A stretch of 64,000 bases of DNA from Candidatus Latescibacterota bacterium (GCA_965203805.1 OZ241917.1:1248001-1312000); one strand, 5' to 3'. Shown: positions 19,617 to 30,069, numbered from the stretch's first letter. Notes: generated from the sequence alone by a model not told the origin. Made by a program: numbers and translations.

Positions 19617-20156
19617 ATGATTCTTCGAGAAGAGGGAATAATGAAAGTCGAAGTGGCCAACACCCCGACATGCATCGCGGGGATTCATATAGAAAGAATC
19701 GGTAGTTTTTCGAGGATAGAAAGAATCGGTAGTTTTTCGAGGATACGAAAGGGCAAATGGAAGCGAACCTGCGATTACCTGTTGGTCTGTGAGGACGAGA
19801 AATCGTGTTTTGCGATATTCATCGATTTAAAAAAGACGATACGCGGCGACGGAGAACCGGAGGAGCAACTTCGGTGGTCGCTGCCGATTTATAGGTATCT
19901 TTGTGCGATATATGCGGTACATTCTGACTGCGAATTCAAGCATTCCGGCACAACAGTTCGAAAGTTCATAATTGGCGAAAAATACCATGAACGATTCGAC
20001 AAACAGCCTATTAGACCACAACCGGGAGGCGTTCAAAAGGAATCATATAAGGGTATGGAAGTACATAACGTACGTCGGACCGAGAATTCCATTCAATTTG
20101 CTTCTGCGTGGTGCGACCGGAACGTAATGCGGTCGCCACAGCTGCAAGCAACTTGA
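19617..20156 (+). CDS. Hypothetical ATPase partner with a PD-(D/E)XK-like motif
   Basis: RTCDYLLV...FIDLKK; directly downstream of the ATPase; start uncertain (19527/19617/19641). Confidence 0.55.
   Translation: MILREEGIMKVEVANTPTCIAGIHIERIGSFSRIERIGSFSRIRKGKWKRTCDYLLVCEDEKSCFAIFIDLKKTIRGDGEPEEQLRWSLPIYRYLCAIYAVHSDCEFKHSGTTVRKFIIGEKYHERFDKQPIRPQPGGVQKESYKGMEVHNVRRTENSIQFASAWCDRNVMRSPQLQAT
19689..19742 (+). repeat. Perfect 27-bp tandem duplication (IERIGSFSR x2)
   Basis: ATAGAAAGAATCGGTAGTTTTTCGAGG occurs twice in tandem. Confidence 0.95.
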
Positions 20157-20185
20157 CGTTGGAAGGGAATGGTGAACGTGCCGAA

Positions 20186-20497
20186 ATGAACGCGCGTATT
20201 CAAACTCCAACGGATGAATCGGCAGCGTTTTGCCAACGCTGGAGCGTCGTCGAAATGGCGTTGTTCGGCTCCGCATTACGTGACGATTTCGGTCCCGATA
20301 GCGATATCGACGTTCTGGTAAGCTTCGAAGAACGGGCACGCCATACGCTGCTGGACATGATGCGCATGCAGGACGAGTTGACGCAAACGTTCGGCCGGTG
20401 GGCGGACGTTCTCGAGCGCGCTGCGATTGAGGCCAGCGCGAATTACATCCGTCGCGAGGCCATCCTGGGTTCTGCGGAGACGTTCTATGCGGCGTAG
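20186..20497 (+). CDS. Minimal nucleotidyltransferase (MNT/MntA-like antitoxin), no HEPN partner seen
   Basis: LFGSALRDDFGPDSDIDVLV motif, about 103 aa. Confidence 0.85.
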   Translation: MNARIQTPTDESAAFCQRWSVVEMALFGSALRDDFGPDSDIDVLVSFEERARHTLLDMMRMQDELTQTFGRWADVLERAAIEASANYIRREAILGSAETFYAA

Positions 20498-20663
20498 CGT
20501 CAAATCACCCCACAACGAGACTCCCTGATCTGAAAACCCTTATCGGGAGATTCGCCGGACGCAACGCCTGGGTATTCCACTCGATGGCCGCGATCATTCT
20601 CAAGCCGTGCTTGTAAGTTAAATCCCGCCTGAGATCCATCCCGATGCTGACGGCGGCCGATCC

Positions 20664-22178
20664 ATGTCCCTCCCGAAATCTCCTCTTACGCAGAAGTTGG
20701 CGAGAATATTCCTCCTTCCGGCAATTGTCGTCTGTATATGTTCCAGCAACTGCCCCGCCTACCGCCTCGTCGGGTCGGAAGCACTGTCAGATGCCCTCGT
20801 CGCCCATCACTATTCCATCAACGCCACCCTCGACGCGGTCATCGTGGTGGACCCGACGGTTCCGACCTTCGAATACCACACCTTTTTTGCCATGGGACAC
20901 GCGGATGAACCGGAAGGGGAACAGGGAAAGCTGCACTTCCTCGAACACATAATCGCAGGTACGGGAAGCCGCCCGCCCGGAGAACTCGAACAGCTGATCA
21001 GACACAACGGCGGGCAGAGCTCTGCCTCCACATCGCTGCACATGACCTGCTTTACCCTCCGGTTTCCCAAGAACAAGCTCGAACTTGCAGTTCAGATAGA
21101 CCGGGAGAGGTTCTGCAATACTCTGATTGATCAGAAAAGTATCGAACGAGAAAGGCAAGTGATCCTCACAGAACTCAGCTCGAGGAGTGCAAATGAGTGG
21201 ACCCGTTTTACCAATCAGTTCTGGGGCTTGATTTATGGAAGGGAAACCTTCGGCGGTGTCGGTACCAGGTCGCTGATCAAGAATATCGAACCGAGCGCCA
21301 TTAGACATACCTTTGAAGAAATCCTGCGCCGGCAGAGACGCCTTGTCGCGGTGGTCGGTCACGTTGACGTCAGTGACGTCCTGGCGAAACTGGACGGCGC
21401 ATTTCCGGACACGACCTTGCAAGAGGCAGCCGAATGGCCCGATCCGGAGTTTCCCAACGCGGACGTGTTAGGCGAGACACATCACGTCGAGTACGAAAGA
21501 TCCGGTGTATCCCGATTCCGGAGAGCCTGGCGCATACCTGGCCTGGAACATCGCGACTACGCGGGTTTTCTCGTCCTTAACGGCATCCTGACCAGGCCGT
21601 CCGGGTCGCTCCGAACGGCATTGGTCGATGCCAAAGGTGTCGATGAATTCAGGGTATGGGTCGAAAACTGCAGGGGATTCGGCCTATTTAATCTTGAGGC
21701 GGAGATGCAGCCTGCCACATCGATAGAGGCTGTCGACACCGCCATCCGAAAGGAACTGCTGGAGATTCGAACGAAAGGCGTCACGGAGAATCAACTCCGG
21801 GCTGCCCAAAATATGGAACTCAGCCGTCTGTATTCCGAGTTTTACGACCGGTCGGCGATCGCTCGTCGGTTCGGAGAGGCATTTGCCCTCTCGCTCGATC
21901 CTCTTCGTTATCCGAAATTGATTTCCGAAATACAATCCGTGAGTGCAGGAGACATTTCGCGCGTCGCCCTGAATTACATGTCGACGGCGAATTCCGTTAC
22001 GCTTTCCCGGACACCTGATGAGCAAAACGTGTTGTGGGTACAAATCGTCGTGATTGTTATTCTCATCTCCGTTCCTGTTGGAATCCTGTTGCTCACAATC
22101 TGGGTTGTCAAGAAGGTCATCCGGAAATTCTCACGAAGGAAACTCTCCGATGAGCAGGTTCCTGATCGTCGCGCTTAG
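20664..22178 (+). CDS. M16 (pitrilysin-family) zinc peptidase, catalytic subunit, copy 1, with C-terminal TM anchor
   Basis: HFLEH (HxxEH), ERERQVILTE, signal-like N-terminus, hydrophobic C-terminal helix followed by a basic tail. Confidence 0.85.
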   Translation: MSLPKSPLTQKLARIFLLPAIVVCICSSNCPAYRLVGSEALSDALVAHHYSINATLDAVIVVDPTVPTFEYHTFFAMGHADEPEGEQGKLHFLEHIIAGTGSRPPGELEQLIRHNGGQSSASTSLHMTCFTLRFPKNKLELAVQIDRERFCNTLIDQKSIERERQVILTELSSRSANEWTRFTNQFWGLIYGRETFGGVGTRSLIKNIEPSAIRHTFEEILRRQRRLVAVVGHVDVSDVLAKLDGAFPDTTLQEAAEWPDPEFPNADVLGETHHVEYERSGVSRFRRAWRIPGLEHRDYAGFLVLNGILTRPSGSLRTALVDAKGVDEFRVWVENCRGFGLFNLEAEMQPATSIEAVDTAIRKELLEIRTKGVTENQLRAAQNMELSRLYSEFYDRSAIARRFGEAFALSLDPLRYPKLISEIQSVSAGDISRVALNYMSTANSVTLSRTPDEQNVLWVQIVVIVILISVPVGILLLTIWVVKKVIRKFSRRKLSDEQVPDRRA

Positions 22179-23493
22179 TGTGCTTCTCTACTGGATCGTT
22201 TGTGTTCAGCAGGCTTCCGCGAGGATTCCTAATCACCATCTGTACTATCGTAACGATGTCCGGGCCCCGCTAACCAGCCTGGAAATCGTCTTCCTCGGCG
22301 CCGGGAGCAACCAGGATGGGCATGAACGGGCTGGACTCGCGTTGACTGCCGCCAGACTGATCGAGGATTATTCAAAAAGGCATGGATATGCGGCTCAGTT
22401 GGAAATACTGGGCGCACAACTCAATGTCGGGACATCCTTTCAATACCAGGCATTGTCACTGTCCGGTCTATCCGAAAACTTCCAAGCGTCCGTCGGAATC
22501 GTGAACGACCTGATTCGACGAACGGCATTTACCGAATTCGCCGTTGAAAAGGCAAAGCGGGAGTTACAAAAATCTTACCAGCATTCCGTACGGGCCGACG
22601 CTTACGGGTTTATGAGAAACTACGCGCTTGCACAAACAATGGGTGTACCGAGGTGGTTCTCCAGCCAGGCGGTAAGACAATTGACATTAGAGGCTATCAC
22701 GCAATATCAGGATATGTTCCTGAAAGCCGACGTCGTCTTCTTCAAGGCGATTTCCGATCTCGACTCGATCGCTATCAGGAAGTCGCTCCTTACAATCGCG
22801 AAAGGCCGTAAGAAAGGCGGATTTGTCTGGTCGCCGCCAACTCAAGAAGCCGACAATCGTCCCGGTCGCACCGCATTCGTAATCGAAAATTACTCCCATC
22901 TCAAGAACGTCTACTTTTACTTGCTTATCCCCTGTGGAAAACTGGGTCAAGATAATTACGTTCCCAACCTGGTATCCTCGACGCTGGGGAGCGTCCGGGT
23001 TGGAGGGATGCTCGACATCTATCTGCGGGACGAGTTGGCACTGGTTTACGGTACTTCCTGTAATTATTCAAGTTCGCACAATATCAGATACCTTGAGATT
23101 TTCGCCGATCCTCGACTGGAGAATAGTGAGGAACTGATAATAAAGATGTACGAATTCATCCCAGGACTTGCCGACAACCCTCGCTTCTGGGAGACCGTTT
23201 CAGAATTGCGCGATAATCCGGACTTCGCCGACGCCGAATTTCACGAGGAAATGACACCAAAGCGCGACCTGGATTACGAGGTCGATGACGCCCTCTTCAA
23301 CTTTCCGAGCCGCGGAAGCGGGTACAAATCTGTAACGGACACCGAGGTACGGTCTTTTCTTCAGAAGTACTTCGTGGAAGAGAATATGATGATGATTTTA
23401 TTCGGACCGAAGGAACACATTATCGAAATCCTGGAGAAACATTGGCCTGATATGACCATTCACGTGCAGACCGTGGAGAGCGCTATCGAGTAG
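22150..23493 (+). CDS. M16 peptidase-like non-catalytic partner, copy 1
   Basis: Signal peptide, GAGS..D...AGLA lacking HxxEH, LRDELALVYG; overlaps the upstream gene. Confidence 0.78.
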   Translation: MSRFLIVALSVLLYWIVCVQQASARIPNHHLYYRNDVRAPLTSLEIVFLGAGSNQDGHERAGLALTAARLIEDYSKRHGYAAQLEILGAQLNVGTSFQYQALSLSGLSENFQASVGIVNDLIRRTAFTEFAVEKAKRELQKSYQHSVRADAYGFMRNYALAQTMGVPRWFSSQAVRQLTLEAITQYQDMFLKADVVFFKAISDLDSIAIRKSLLTIAKGRKKGGFVWSPPTQEADNRPGRTAFVIENYSHLKNVYFYLLIPCGKLGQDNYVPNLVSSTLGSVRVGGMLDIYLRDELALVYGTSCNYSSSHNIRYLEIFADPRLENSEELIIKMYEFIPGLADNPRFWETVSELRDNPDFADAEFHEEMTPKRDLDYEVDDALFNFPSRGSGYKSVTDTEVRSFLQKYFVEENMMMILFGPKEHIIEILEKHWPDMTIHVQTVESAIE

Positions 23494-23811
23494 GCCACTC
23501 ACCGCGACGTATCACCCGAACGGCATGCCCATAACGAGAACCCGGACTCGTCTCACGTCGGAGGCCTTCACGTCCTTTCAAATGCCATCCCAGCCTGGTT
23601 TCCGCTTGATCCCGCCGTCGACGAGAGCTATTAATTGACCTGAGGAGAGTGGCGTCCCGATCGACGGAGTCAGATTGGGTATCTGTTCAGTCGTATGCCG
23701 AGGATGGCTTTCTACTGCCTGAACACCGCGCCCACTCCCCTGTCCGCGAACCCTCATTTTCTTGTCGGTTACCCGAACCTGGTCCTTCCGCTCTTTCCCA
23801 TGGTGTCCGAC

Positions 23812-25287
23812 ATGGCGAAAACGTGCATATATGCGGCAATCGTCGTCTGCATATGTACGGCCACGTGCCATGCCTACCGGCTCGTCGGGTCGGAGGCGTT
23901 GTCGGAGGCCCTCGTCGCCCACCACTATACCATCAATGACAGGCTCGACGCGGTCATCGTGGTTGATAAGACAATCCCGACTTTCGAGTACCAGACGTTC
24001 TATGCCATGGGTTCCGCTGATGAACCGGAGGGACAGCAGGGCGAACTTCATTTCCTTGAGCACATTATCGCAGATGCCGGCAGCCGCCCGCCGGGCGAAC
24101 TCGCAGAGTTGATTGGCGCCAATGGCGGACAATATCACGCAACTACAGACTTGAATCTTACCAATTTCAGGTTGAGATTCCCCAGGGACAAACTGCCGGT
24201 CGCGGTCGAGATAGACCGGGATGGATTCTACAGTACGGTGATCAACAATGAAGTTGTGGAAAAGCAACGACAAATTGTGTTGACTGAACTCAGAAGAAAC
24301 CTTGCCAGGTCGAGCAGGAGGTTTTCCAGTCAATTCTGGGGGATGGTCTACGGAAGAGACAAGCTCGAGGGCGTCGGCACCGAGGCACTGATAAATGATA
24401 TCACGCCAGGGGACCTGAAACAACTCTTCCATAACGTCTTTCGCAGGAAAAGGCGTCTGATTGTGGTAATCGGCGATATTGACGTGGCTGACGTCCTCGC
24501 TAGATTGGTCGAGGCCTTTCCCGCCGGGAAGATGGAACCGCAACGTGGTTCTAGTTTATCACGGTTTCCAAATCCCGATGTGCTGGGCGAGAGATATCAG
24601 AAGGAATTCGAACACATCAACAGGTCCAGGTTCAGAAAGACCTGGCACATACCCGAACTCGGCCATCCAGACTACGCAGGCGCAGTCATTCTGGCTTCGA
24701 TCCTGGAAAGGTCGTCAAACTCGCTACGGACCTCTCTGTTGGATTCTCAGATTGCGAGCAGTTTCAGTGTGTGGATTGACAGCCAAAGGGGATTCGGCCT
24801 ATTGAGTCTCAATGCCGTAATGGCCCCGGTAGCATCCACCGAAGCTATCGAGAGCGCGATTAGTGATACGTTAAATAAGATAAAGACACACGGAATCACC
24901 GAAGATGATCTGGAAGCGGCGAGGAATACCGAGTTGCGGCATCTATATTCCGAGTTTTACGACAGATCGGAACTGGCAAAGGGGTTCGGCGCGGCATTCG
25001 CACACACTGGCGACCCTCTTCTCTATGCGAGGTTGGTCCCCCAGATCCGGCAGGTACTCGTCGACGACATTCAGCGAATTGTCAACGAACACTTCATCCA
25101 GGAGAACGCCATCACGCTTTCCTGGACAATGAAGGAGAAACACCCGCCGTGGGCCCAACTCGTCGTGGTTGTTGTCCTTATATGCGTTCCTGGCGGGATC
25201 CTGATAGCCGCAATCCGTGTTGTCAGAAAACGCACATCCGGCCGTGAGAATGTTGACGATGAAGAGACACGCAAATACCATTGTTAG
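23812..25287 (+). CDS. M16 zinc peptidase, catalytic subunit, copy 2
   Basis: HFLEH; paralog of 20664-22178 (AYRLVGSEALS, LYSEFYDRS); start 23800 or 23812. Confidence 0.85.
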   Translation: MAKTCIYAAIVVCICTATCHAYRLVGSEALSEALVAHHYTINDRLDAVIVVDKTIPTFEYQTFYAMGSADEPEGQQGELHFLEHIIADAGSRPPGELAELIGANGGQYHATTDLNLTNFRLRFPRDKLPVAVEIDRDGFYSTVINNEVVEKQRQIVLTELRRNLARSSRRFSSQFWGMVYGRDKLEGVGTEALINDITPGDLKQLFHNVFRRKRRLIVVIGDIDVADVLARLVEAFPAGKMEPQRGSSLSRFPNPDVLGERYQKEFEHINRSRFRKTWHIPELGHPDYAGAVILASILERSSNSLRTSLLDSQIASSFSVWIDSQRGFGLLSLNAVMAPVASTEAIESAISDTLNKIKTHGITEDDLEAARNTELRHLYSEFYDRSELAKGFGAAFAHTGDPLLYARLVPQIRQVLVDDIQRIVNEHFIQENAITLSWTMKEKHPPWAQLVVVVVLICVPGGILIAAIRVVRKRTSGRENVDDEETRKYHC

Positions 25288-26602
25288 AATTGGGCTGTTC
25301 AGTGTTGTTTGCACGCTACCGGCACCCGCCCGCGTACCCAACCATCACGTATTCTATGAACGTGACAACCGTGCGCCGGTTACGACGCTGGAGATCGTCT
25401 TCCTGGGAGCCGGCAGCAGCGCGGTCGGCCCGTCAAAGACCGGACTGGCGGTCACGGCCGCCGCACTGATCGAGGATTATTCAAAAGAACATGGATACAC
25501 GGCTCGACTGGAAACATTGGGCGCACGGCTTAAAGTCAGAACGTATTTTCGATACCAGACGATGGACCTGTCCTGCTTGTCCGGGAATTTCGAAGCTTCC
25601 GTAGGAATCGTGAACGACCTGATGCGGCGGATGGCTGTCACGGGGCCCGCACTTGAAGAGACAAAGGGGAAATTACGCAGATCGTACGAGAAAACCGTAG
25701 ATTCCGGCAGCCATGATATCCTGAGGAACTACGCGCTTGCACGGTCGGTCGGTGTAGGAAAATGGTTCTCACGGGAAGCAATGAAGCAAATCACATTGGA
25801 GGATGTCAGGGAGTACTGCGCACGGTTTCTGAACGCGGAAGTTGTGTTCTTCAAGGCAGTCTCGAACCTTGACTCCACGGAGGTCGACGCATCGCTTCGT
25901 CCAATCACGAGCGACCGCCGGCAAGAGGGTTTCGTCTGGTCGCCCGGAACACCGAAAGCCGAACGCCTTCCAGGGCACTCCGCGTTCGTGTTCGAGCACT
26001 ACTCGCATCTGAAGAACGTCTACTGTTACTGGCTCATCCCAATTGGAACGGTCGGCCAGGAAAATTACATTCCCAATATGGTGTCCTGGACGCTTGGACG
26101 CGGTGGCACCCGCGGCTTGCTCTTCAAACAACTGCGTGAAGAGGCGGGACTGGTTTACGGTACATCCTGTTCCTATCTAAGTGAAGACGACGTCAGGTTC
26201 CTGGAGATTTCCGCCGATCCACGACTCGAAAACAGCGAGGAACTGTTGACAAGCGTGCAGGAGATGATCGTCGGGCTTGCCGACAGACCTGACTTCTGGA
26301 CCTCTATAGCGCAGTTGCGCGAGAACCCGGACGCCATCGAAGCCCATATACATGGCGAATATGCGCCGCGGCGCAAGCTGAACCGTGCGGTCGACAGGGC
26401 CATCTTCAACTATCCTAGCCGGGCAGACGGCATCAAATCCGTCACGGATGACGAGATACGATCGTTTCTCGAGAAATACTTCGTGGCGGAGAATATGGTC
26501 ATGGTGCTGTTCGGGCCGAAGGACCATATCATTGAAATTCTGGAAAGACACTGGCCGGATATCACGATTCACGTACAGCCCGTAGAGAAGGCTATCGAAT
26601 AG
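25259..26602 (+). CDS. M16 peptidase-like non-catalytic partner, copy 2
   Basis: Paralog of 22150-23493 (YSHLKNVY, ADPRLENSEEL, FGPKDHIIEILE). Confidence 0.78.
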   Translation: MKRHANTIVRIGLFSVVCTLPAPARVPNHHVFYERDNRAPVTTLEIVFLGAGSSAVGPSKTGLAVTAAALIEDYSKEHGYTARLETLGARLKVRTYFRYQTMDLSCLSGNFEASVGIVNDLMRRMAVTGPALEETKGKLRRSYEKTVDSGSHDILRNYALARSVGVGKWFSREAMKQITLEDVREYCARFLNAEVVFFKAVSNLDSTEVDASLRPITSDRRQEGFVWSPGTPKAERLPGHSAFVFEHYSHLKNVYCYWLIPIGTVGQENYIPNMVSWTLGRGGTRGLLFKQLREEAGLVYGTSCSYLSEDDVRFLEISADPRLENSEELLTSVQEMIVGLADRPDFWTSIAQLRENPDAIEAHIHGEYAPRRKLNRAVDRAIFNYPSRADGIKSVTDDEIRSFLEKYFVAENMVMVLFGPKDHIIEILERHWPDITIHVQPVEKAIE

Positions 26603-26622
26603 GCGACGTCCCCAACCCACCT

Positions 26623-28005
26623 ATGTCCCGCCCACTATCGCCCCCCGACTCCGATCCCTCCCCGTCCGACCCGGCGCCGGTGCTTCCGCAGGTCTGGGCG
26701 ATCGCATGGCCCGTGGTGGCGGCATCGATGCTGGACGCCATGGAGGGGCTTGTCGACATTTCCATGGTGGGACAACTGGGACCGGCCGCGATTTCTGCGG
26801 TTGGGCTCAGCCGGCAGGTCCTGTTCGTGATCATGGTCATGGCGATTTCGGTCAGCACCGGATCCCGGACCCTCGTCGCGCAATTCTACGGCGCGGGCAG
26901 ACACGGCGACCTCAGCAATGCGGCCCAGCAGGCAATCCTCATGGGAATCCTGCTTTCGGGGGGGCTGGCTCTCGTGGGGAGCATGATCGCGCGGCCGGCG
27001 CTGGTCCTCCTCGGCGCACAGGAAGACGTGCTCGTCCACGCCGTGCCGTTCATGCGCGTCTACTTCGCCGGCATCGTCTTCATGATGCCCAATTTCATCA
27101 TCGGCGGAATCTTTGGCGGCGCGGGGGATACCCGGACGCCCCTGAAGATTTCCTGTCTCATCATCTGTCTGAAGATTCCGCTCTCCTACGGCCTGATCTT
27201 CGGGGCATGGGGCCTGCCCCAGCTAGGCGTGACCGGCGCGGCGCTCGGCAGTGTTGTCTGTCGGGCCGTCGGCTGCGCCATCGGCCTGTACCTGCTCACG
27301 ACAGGGCGCACGCGGGTCCACATGCGTTGGAACTGGCGACTCCCGTTCAGCCGGGACATCATCGGGCGCATGATGCGCATTGGCGTGCCTGCCGGGATTC
27401 AAGGTTTCTTCCGCAACGGCGCCCGCATCCTGATCTATCGCGTCGTGGGTTGGACGAGCCGGCCCACCGCTGCAACGGCCGCGCTCACCATCGGCCTGCA
27501 GATGCGGATGATCGGCATCATGCCGGCCCTTGCGTTCTCCGTGGCGGGCACCGCGCTGGTCGGGCAACGATTGGGCGCGAGTCAGATCCGCGAGGCCGAG
27601 CGCTTCGCATCAAACACGATCCGGCTGTGCATGACGTTCATCACCGTCTGCGCCGTCCTCATCTGCGTCTTCGCGCGGGAGATCGTCGACCTGTTCACGG
27701 ATTCCGCGGCGGTGATCGACATGGGAACCGTGATGCTCCTGTACTTTACGGTCGCACAGGTCTTCTCCGCGTTGTCCATCGTCGCCGGGGGCGTCCTGGC
27801 CGGCGGCGGTGAAACCAAGCCCCTGCTCTACTATACGATTGTTGCGCAGTGGCTGGTGATGCTGCCGCTCTCCTACGTCCTGGCGTTTCTGCTGGATATG
27901 GATGCCGCGGGAATCTGGATTGCCTGGTTCATAGGCGGCGCTGCACAGGGGATTCTGGCCTGGTCCCGGTATCGGAAGGGCGCGTGGAAGCGGACCGTCA
28001 TTTAA
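26623..28005 (+). CDS. MATE family efflux transporter
   Basis: About 12 TM; DISMVGQLG, GAGDTRTPL, GVTGAALGS, GIWIAW. Confidence 0.92.
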   Translation: MSRPLSPPDSDPSPSDPAPVLPQVWAIAWPVVAASMLDAMEGLVDISMVGQLGPAAISAVGLSRQVLFVIMVMAISVSTGSRTLVAQFYGAGRHGDLSNAAQQAILMGILLSGGLALVGSMIARPALVLLGAQEDVLVHAVPFMRVYFAGIVFMMPNFIIGGIFGGAGDTRTPLKISCLIICLKIPLSYGLIFGAWGLPQLGVTGAALGSVVCRAVGCAIGLYLLTTGRTRVHMRWNWRLPFSRDIIGRMMRIGVPAGIQGFFRNGARILIYRVVGWTSRPTAATAALTIGLQMRMIGIMPALAFSVAGTALVGQRLGASQIREAERFASNTIRLCMTFITVCAVLICVFAREIVDLFTDSAAVIDMGTVMLLYFTVAQVFSALSIVAGGVLAGGGETKPLLYYTIVAQWLVMLPLSYVLAFLLDMDAAGIWIAWFIGGAAQGILAWSRYRKGAWKRTVI

Positions 28006-28549
28006 GTTCGGCGCTGCGAAGCTGCTTCACTTTACGCCCCATTTCTTCGATGCCAGGCGCGTTTCCAACCTGCACGTATAGACGATGGGCTTCTTCGAAG
28101 ACCCTCAGCGCTTCATCGTTCCTGCCAATACGTTCAAGAAGCCTGGCGAAACCACGGAGCGCATTCGCGAGCGGGTGCGCCGGTGTGGGGTCGAGATCAC
28201 GGTAAATCTGTATAGCCAGCCGGAAATCCCGTTCCGCGGCGGCCGCATCGCCGAGGTCCCGGCGGACGTCCGCGACGTGACGAAGCGAATGCGCCATCTT
28301 TTCGGCATGATTCGCCGCAACGTAGTGGTTGTACCCCTCCCGGTAAAAGTGGAGGGCGCCCTCCCGATTGCCCCGGTCCCTCTCGAACTGCCCGTACACG
28401 TGCGCCACCCTGCCCAGCGATTCATGGTCGTCTTCCCGGCACAGTCCCGCCGCTTCGGCCACGAGGCGTTTTCCCCGCTCGTAATCCGCATTCCCCCTCG
28501 TCCTCCATGCTTCGTCCAGCAGTTGCGCGATTTTCTGTTTCCTTGACAT
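27998..28549 (-). CDS. Tetratricopeptide repeat protein
   Basis: Helical repeats AHSLRHVADVRRDLG, ANALRGFARLLERIG. Confidence 0.7.
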   Translation of the reverse strand: MSRKQKIAQLLDEAWRTRGNADYERGKRLVAEAAGLCREDDHESLGRVAHVYGQFERDRGNREGALHFYREGYNHYVAANHAEKMAHSLRHVADVRRDLGDAAAAERDFRLAIQIYRDLDPTPAHPLANALRGFARLLERIGRNDEALRVFEEAHRLYVQVGNAPGIEEMGRKVKQLRSAELK

Positions 28550-28578
28550 GCATACCCTTTCTCTCCGGCGACTGGGAA

Positions 28579-29325
28579 TTACCGTTTTCTCGGCGTGTAG
28601 AACAACAGGGTCCCGATCTGTACGTATCCGATCGAGGCATACAATAATGCGCCCGTGTGGGTCGCGGTCAACACGGCCAGTTTCGAACCGTTCGACCGGT
28701 CGTCGCGTAACATTCTGCACATCAACGCCCGGCCGATCCCCCTGCGCCGGGCCGCGGGCGCAACGTGCATATTCGAACACCACGTTGCGGAATCCACGAC
28801 GATGCTCTGGACCCAGCCCACGGGCTCATCGCCTTCGAGCGCGACGTATTGCCTGAGCGGAGCGTCCGGGGAAAGGTGTTCCGGCAGAATCTGCCTGATC
28901 CGCGTCGTCCGGTTCAATCTGTCCGCCAGTTCGGCCGTGAGAATACGCTTGATGGGCAGTGGGTCCGCCGCGCGAGGAATGCGCCTCAGTCGATGCACCA
29001 TAACCGGTTCGGTTGAATTCAGACGGTAGTTGAGGGCTTTGAAATCCGACCGCATCCCGACGTCGGATTCCCCCTCGGCGCAGATCGCGCAGATGCCGAA
29101 CTGGCCCCGGGTGTTCTTCGTAGCCACCCTGTGGATCTCTTCCGCGTCAACGCCATGGGCGATCCACTCCTCCCTGCGATACGTACCACGCTTTCTCGGC
29201 GCATCCCTCACCGCCCAGATGTGACCCTCCCGGCTCGCGGGATATGGATGCGTAAAGCTCCTGGTAAAGCTGAAGCCGCGGGCGAAAACTTCCAGCGCCC
29301 GCTGCATGAGCGCGTTTTCGGGCAC
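28579..29325 (-). CDS. GNAT acetyltransferase
   Basis: VAPAARRRGIGRALM AcCoA motif; LYASIGY. Confidence 0.85.
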   Translation of the reverse strand: MPENALMQRALEVFARGFSFTRSFTHPYPASREGHIWAVRDAPRKRGTYRREEWIAHGVDAEEIHRVATKNTRGQFGICAICAEGESDVGMRSDFKALNYRLNSTEPVMVHRLRRIPRAADPLPIKRILTAELADRLNRTTRIRQILPEHLSPDAPLRQYVALEGDEPVGWVQSIVVDSATWCSNMHVAPAARRRGIGRALMCRMLRDDRSNGSKLAVLTATHTGALLYASIGYVQIGTLLFYTPRKR

Positions 29326-29491
29326 GGTATCCTATCTTTCCTCTATCGAAATCACATGAGCCGGGCAGTTGTCCGGGATGCGTCCAGATACAACTGGACA
29401 GCGGGCGTGGCGCCCTATAGTTTTCGAAGACCGCGGAGACGATCCTGTTTCAATAACTTCGGAGAGTTTGCAACCTGACACGGTCGACCGA

Positions 29492-30043
29492 ATGATGCAA
29501 AATACACCTTCGTCGCCCCAAGGGAAATTCCAATCGCACCCGGCTCACGCGGGCGATCCACGGCTTCGACCCGGCGATCGCCTGGGGGTCGTTTCCGACT
29601 CCCACGGACTTATGAGACCGGAAGTGCTGGAACACCTCGAGGGCGTCCACGCGATCGTCCACGCGGGCGACGTAGGGAAAATCTCCGTCCTGGAGCAATT
29701 GGAACGAATCGCGCCGGTGTACGCGGTCCGCGGCAACGTGGACCTGGTTCCGCCGTGCAGCGACCTCCCCGAAAACCTCGTGCTGTCCGCCGGCAGGAGA
29801 CGAATTCTGGTAACCCACGTCCTCGAAGACGCGGACGTCGCGGGTTTCGATCTGGTGGTGTGCGGCCATTCTCACAACCCGAAAATCAGCACGGTAGGAT
29901 CGACGTGCTGCCTGAATCCGGGCAGCATCGGGCCCCGCCGTTTCAAGCTACCCGTCTCGATCGGCTACATCACTGTTTCTTCCGACGGCGCGCTGGATCC
30001 CGAACTGAGAACCGTGGAGATCGGATCGTCGTGCGCCGGATGA
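29492..30043 (+). CDS. YfcE-like metallophosphoesterase
   Basis: SDSHG, HAGD, VRGNVD, GHSH, NPGS motifs; start uncertain. Confidence 0.88.
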   Translation: MMQNTPSSPQGKFQSHPAHAGDPRLRPGDRLGVVSDSHGLMRPEVLEHLEGVHAIVHAGDVGKISVLEQLERIAPVYAVRGNVDLVPPCSDLPENLVLSAGRRRILVTHVLEDADVAGFDLVVCGHSHNPKISTVGSTCCLNPGSIGPRRFKLPVSIGYITVSSDGALDPELRTVEIGSSCAG

Positions 30044-30069
30044 GTTGATTCCATATGAGGACCCACTGA

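Noticed and set aside
19689-19742. Possible CRISPR repeat or DGR template/variable repeat (also considered for 8992-9130)
   Set aside because: No spacers, cas genes or reverse transcriptase; mismatches are not adenine-specific.
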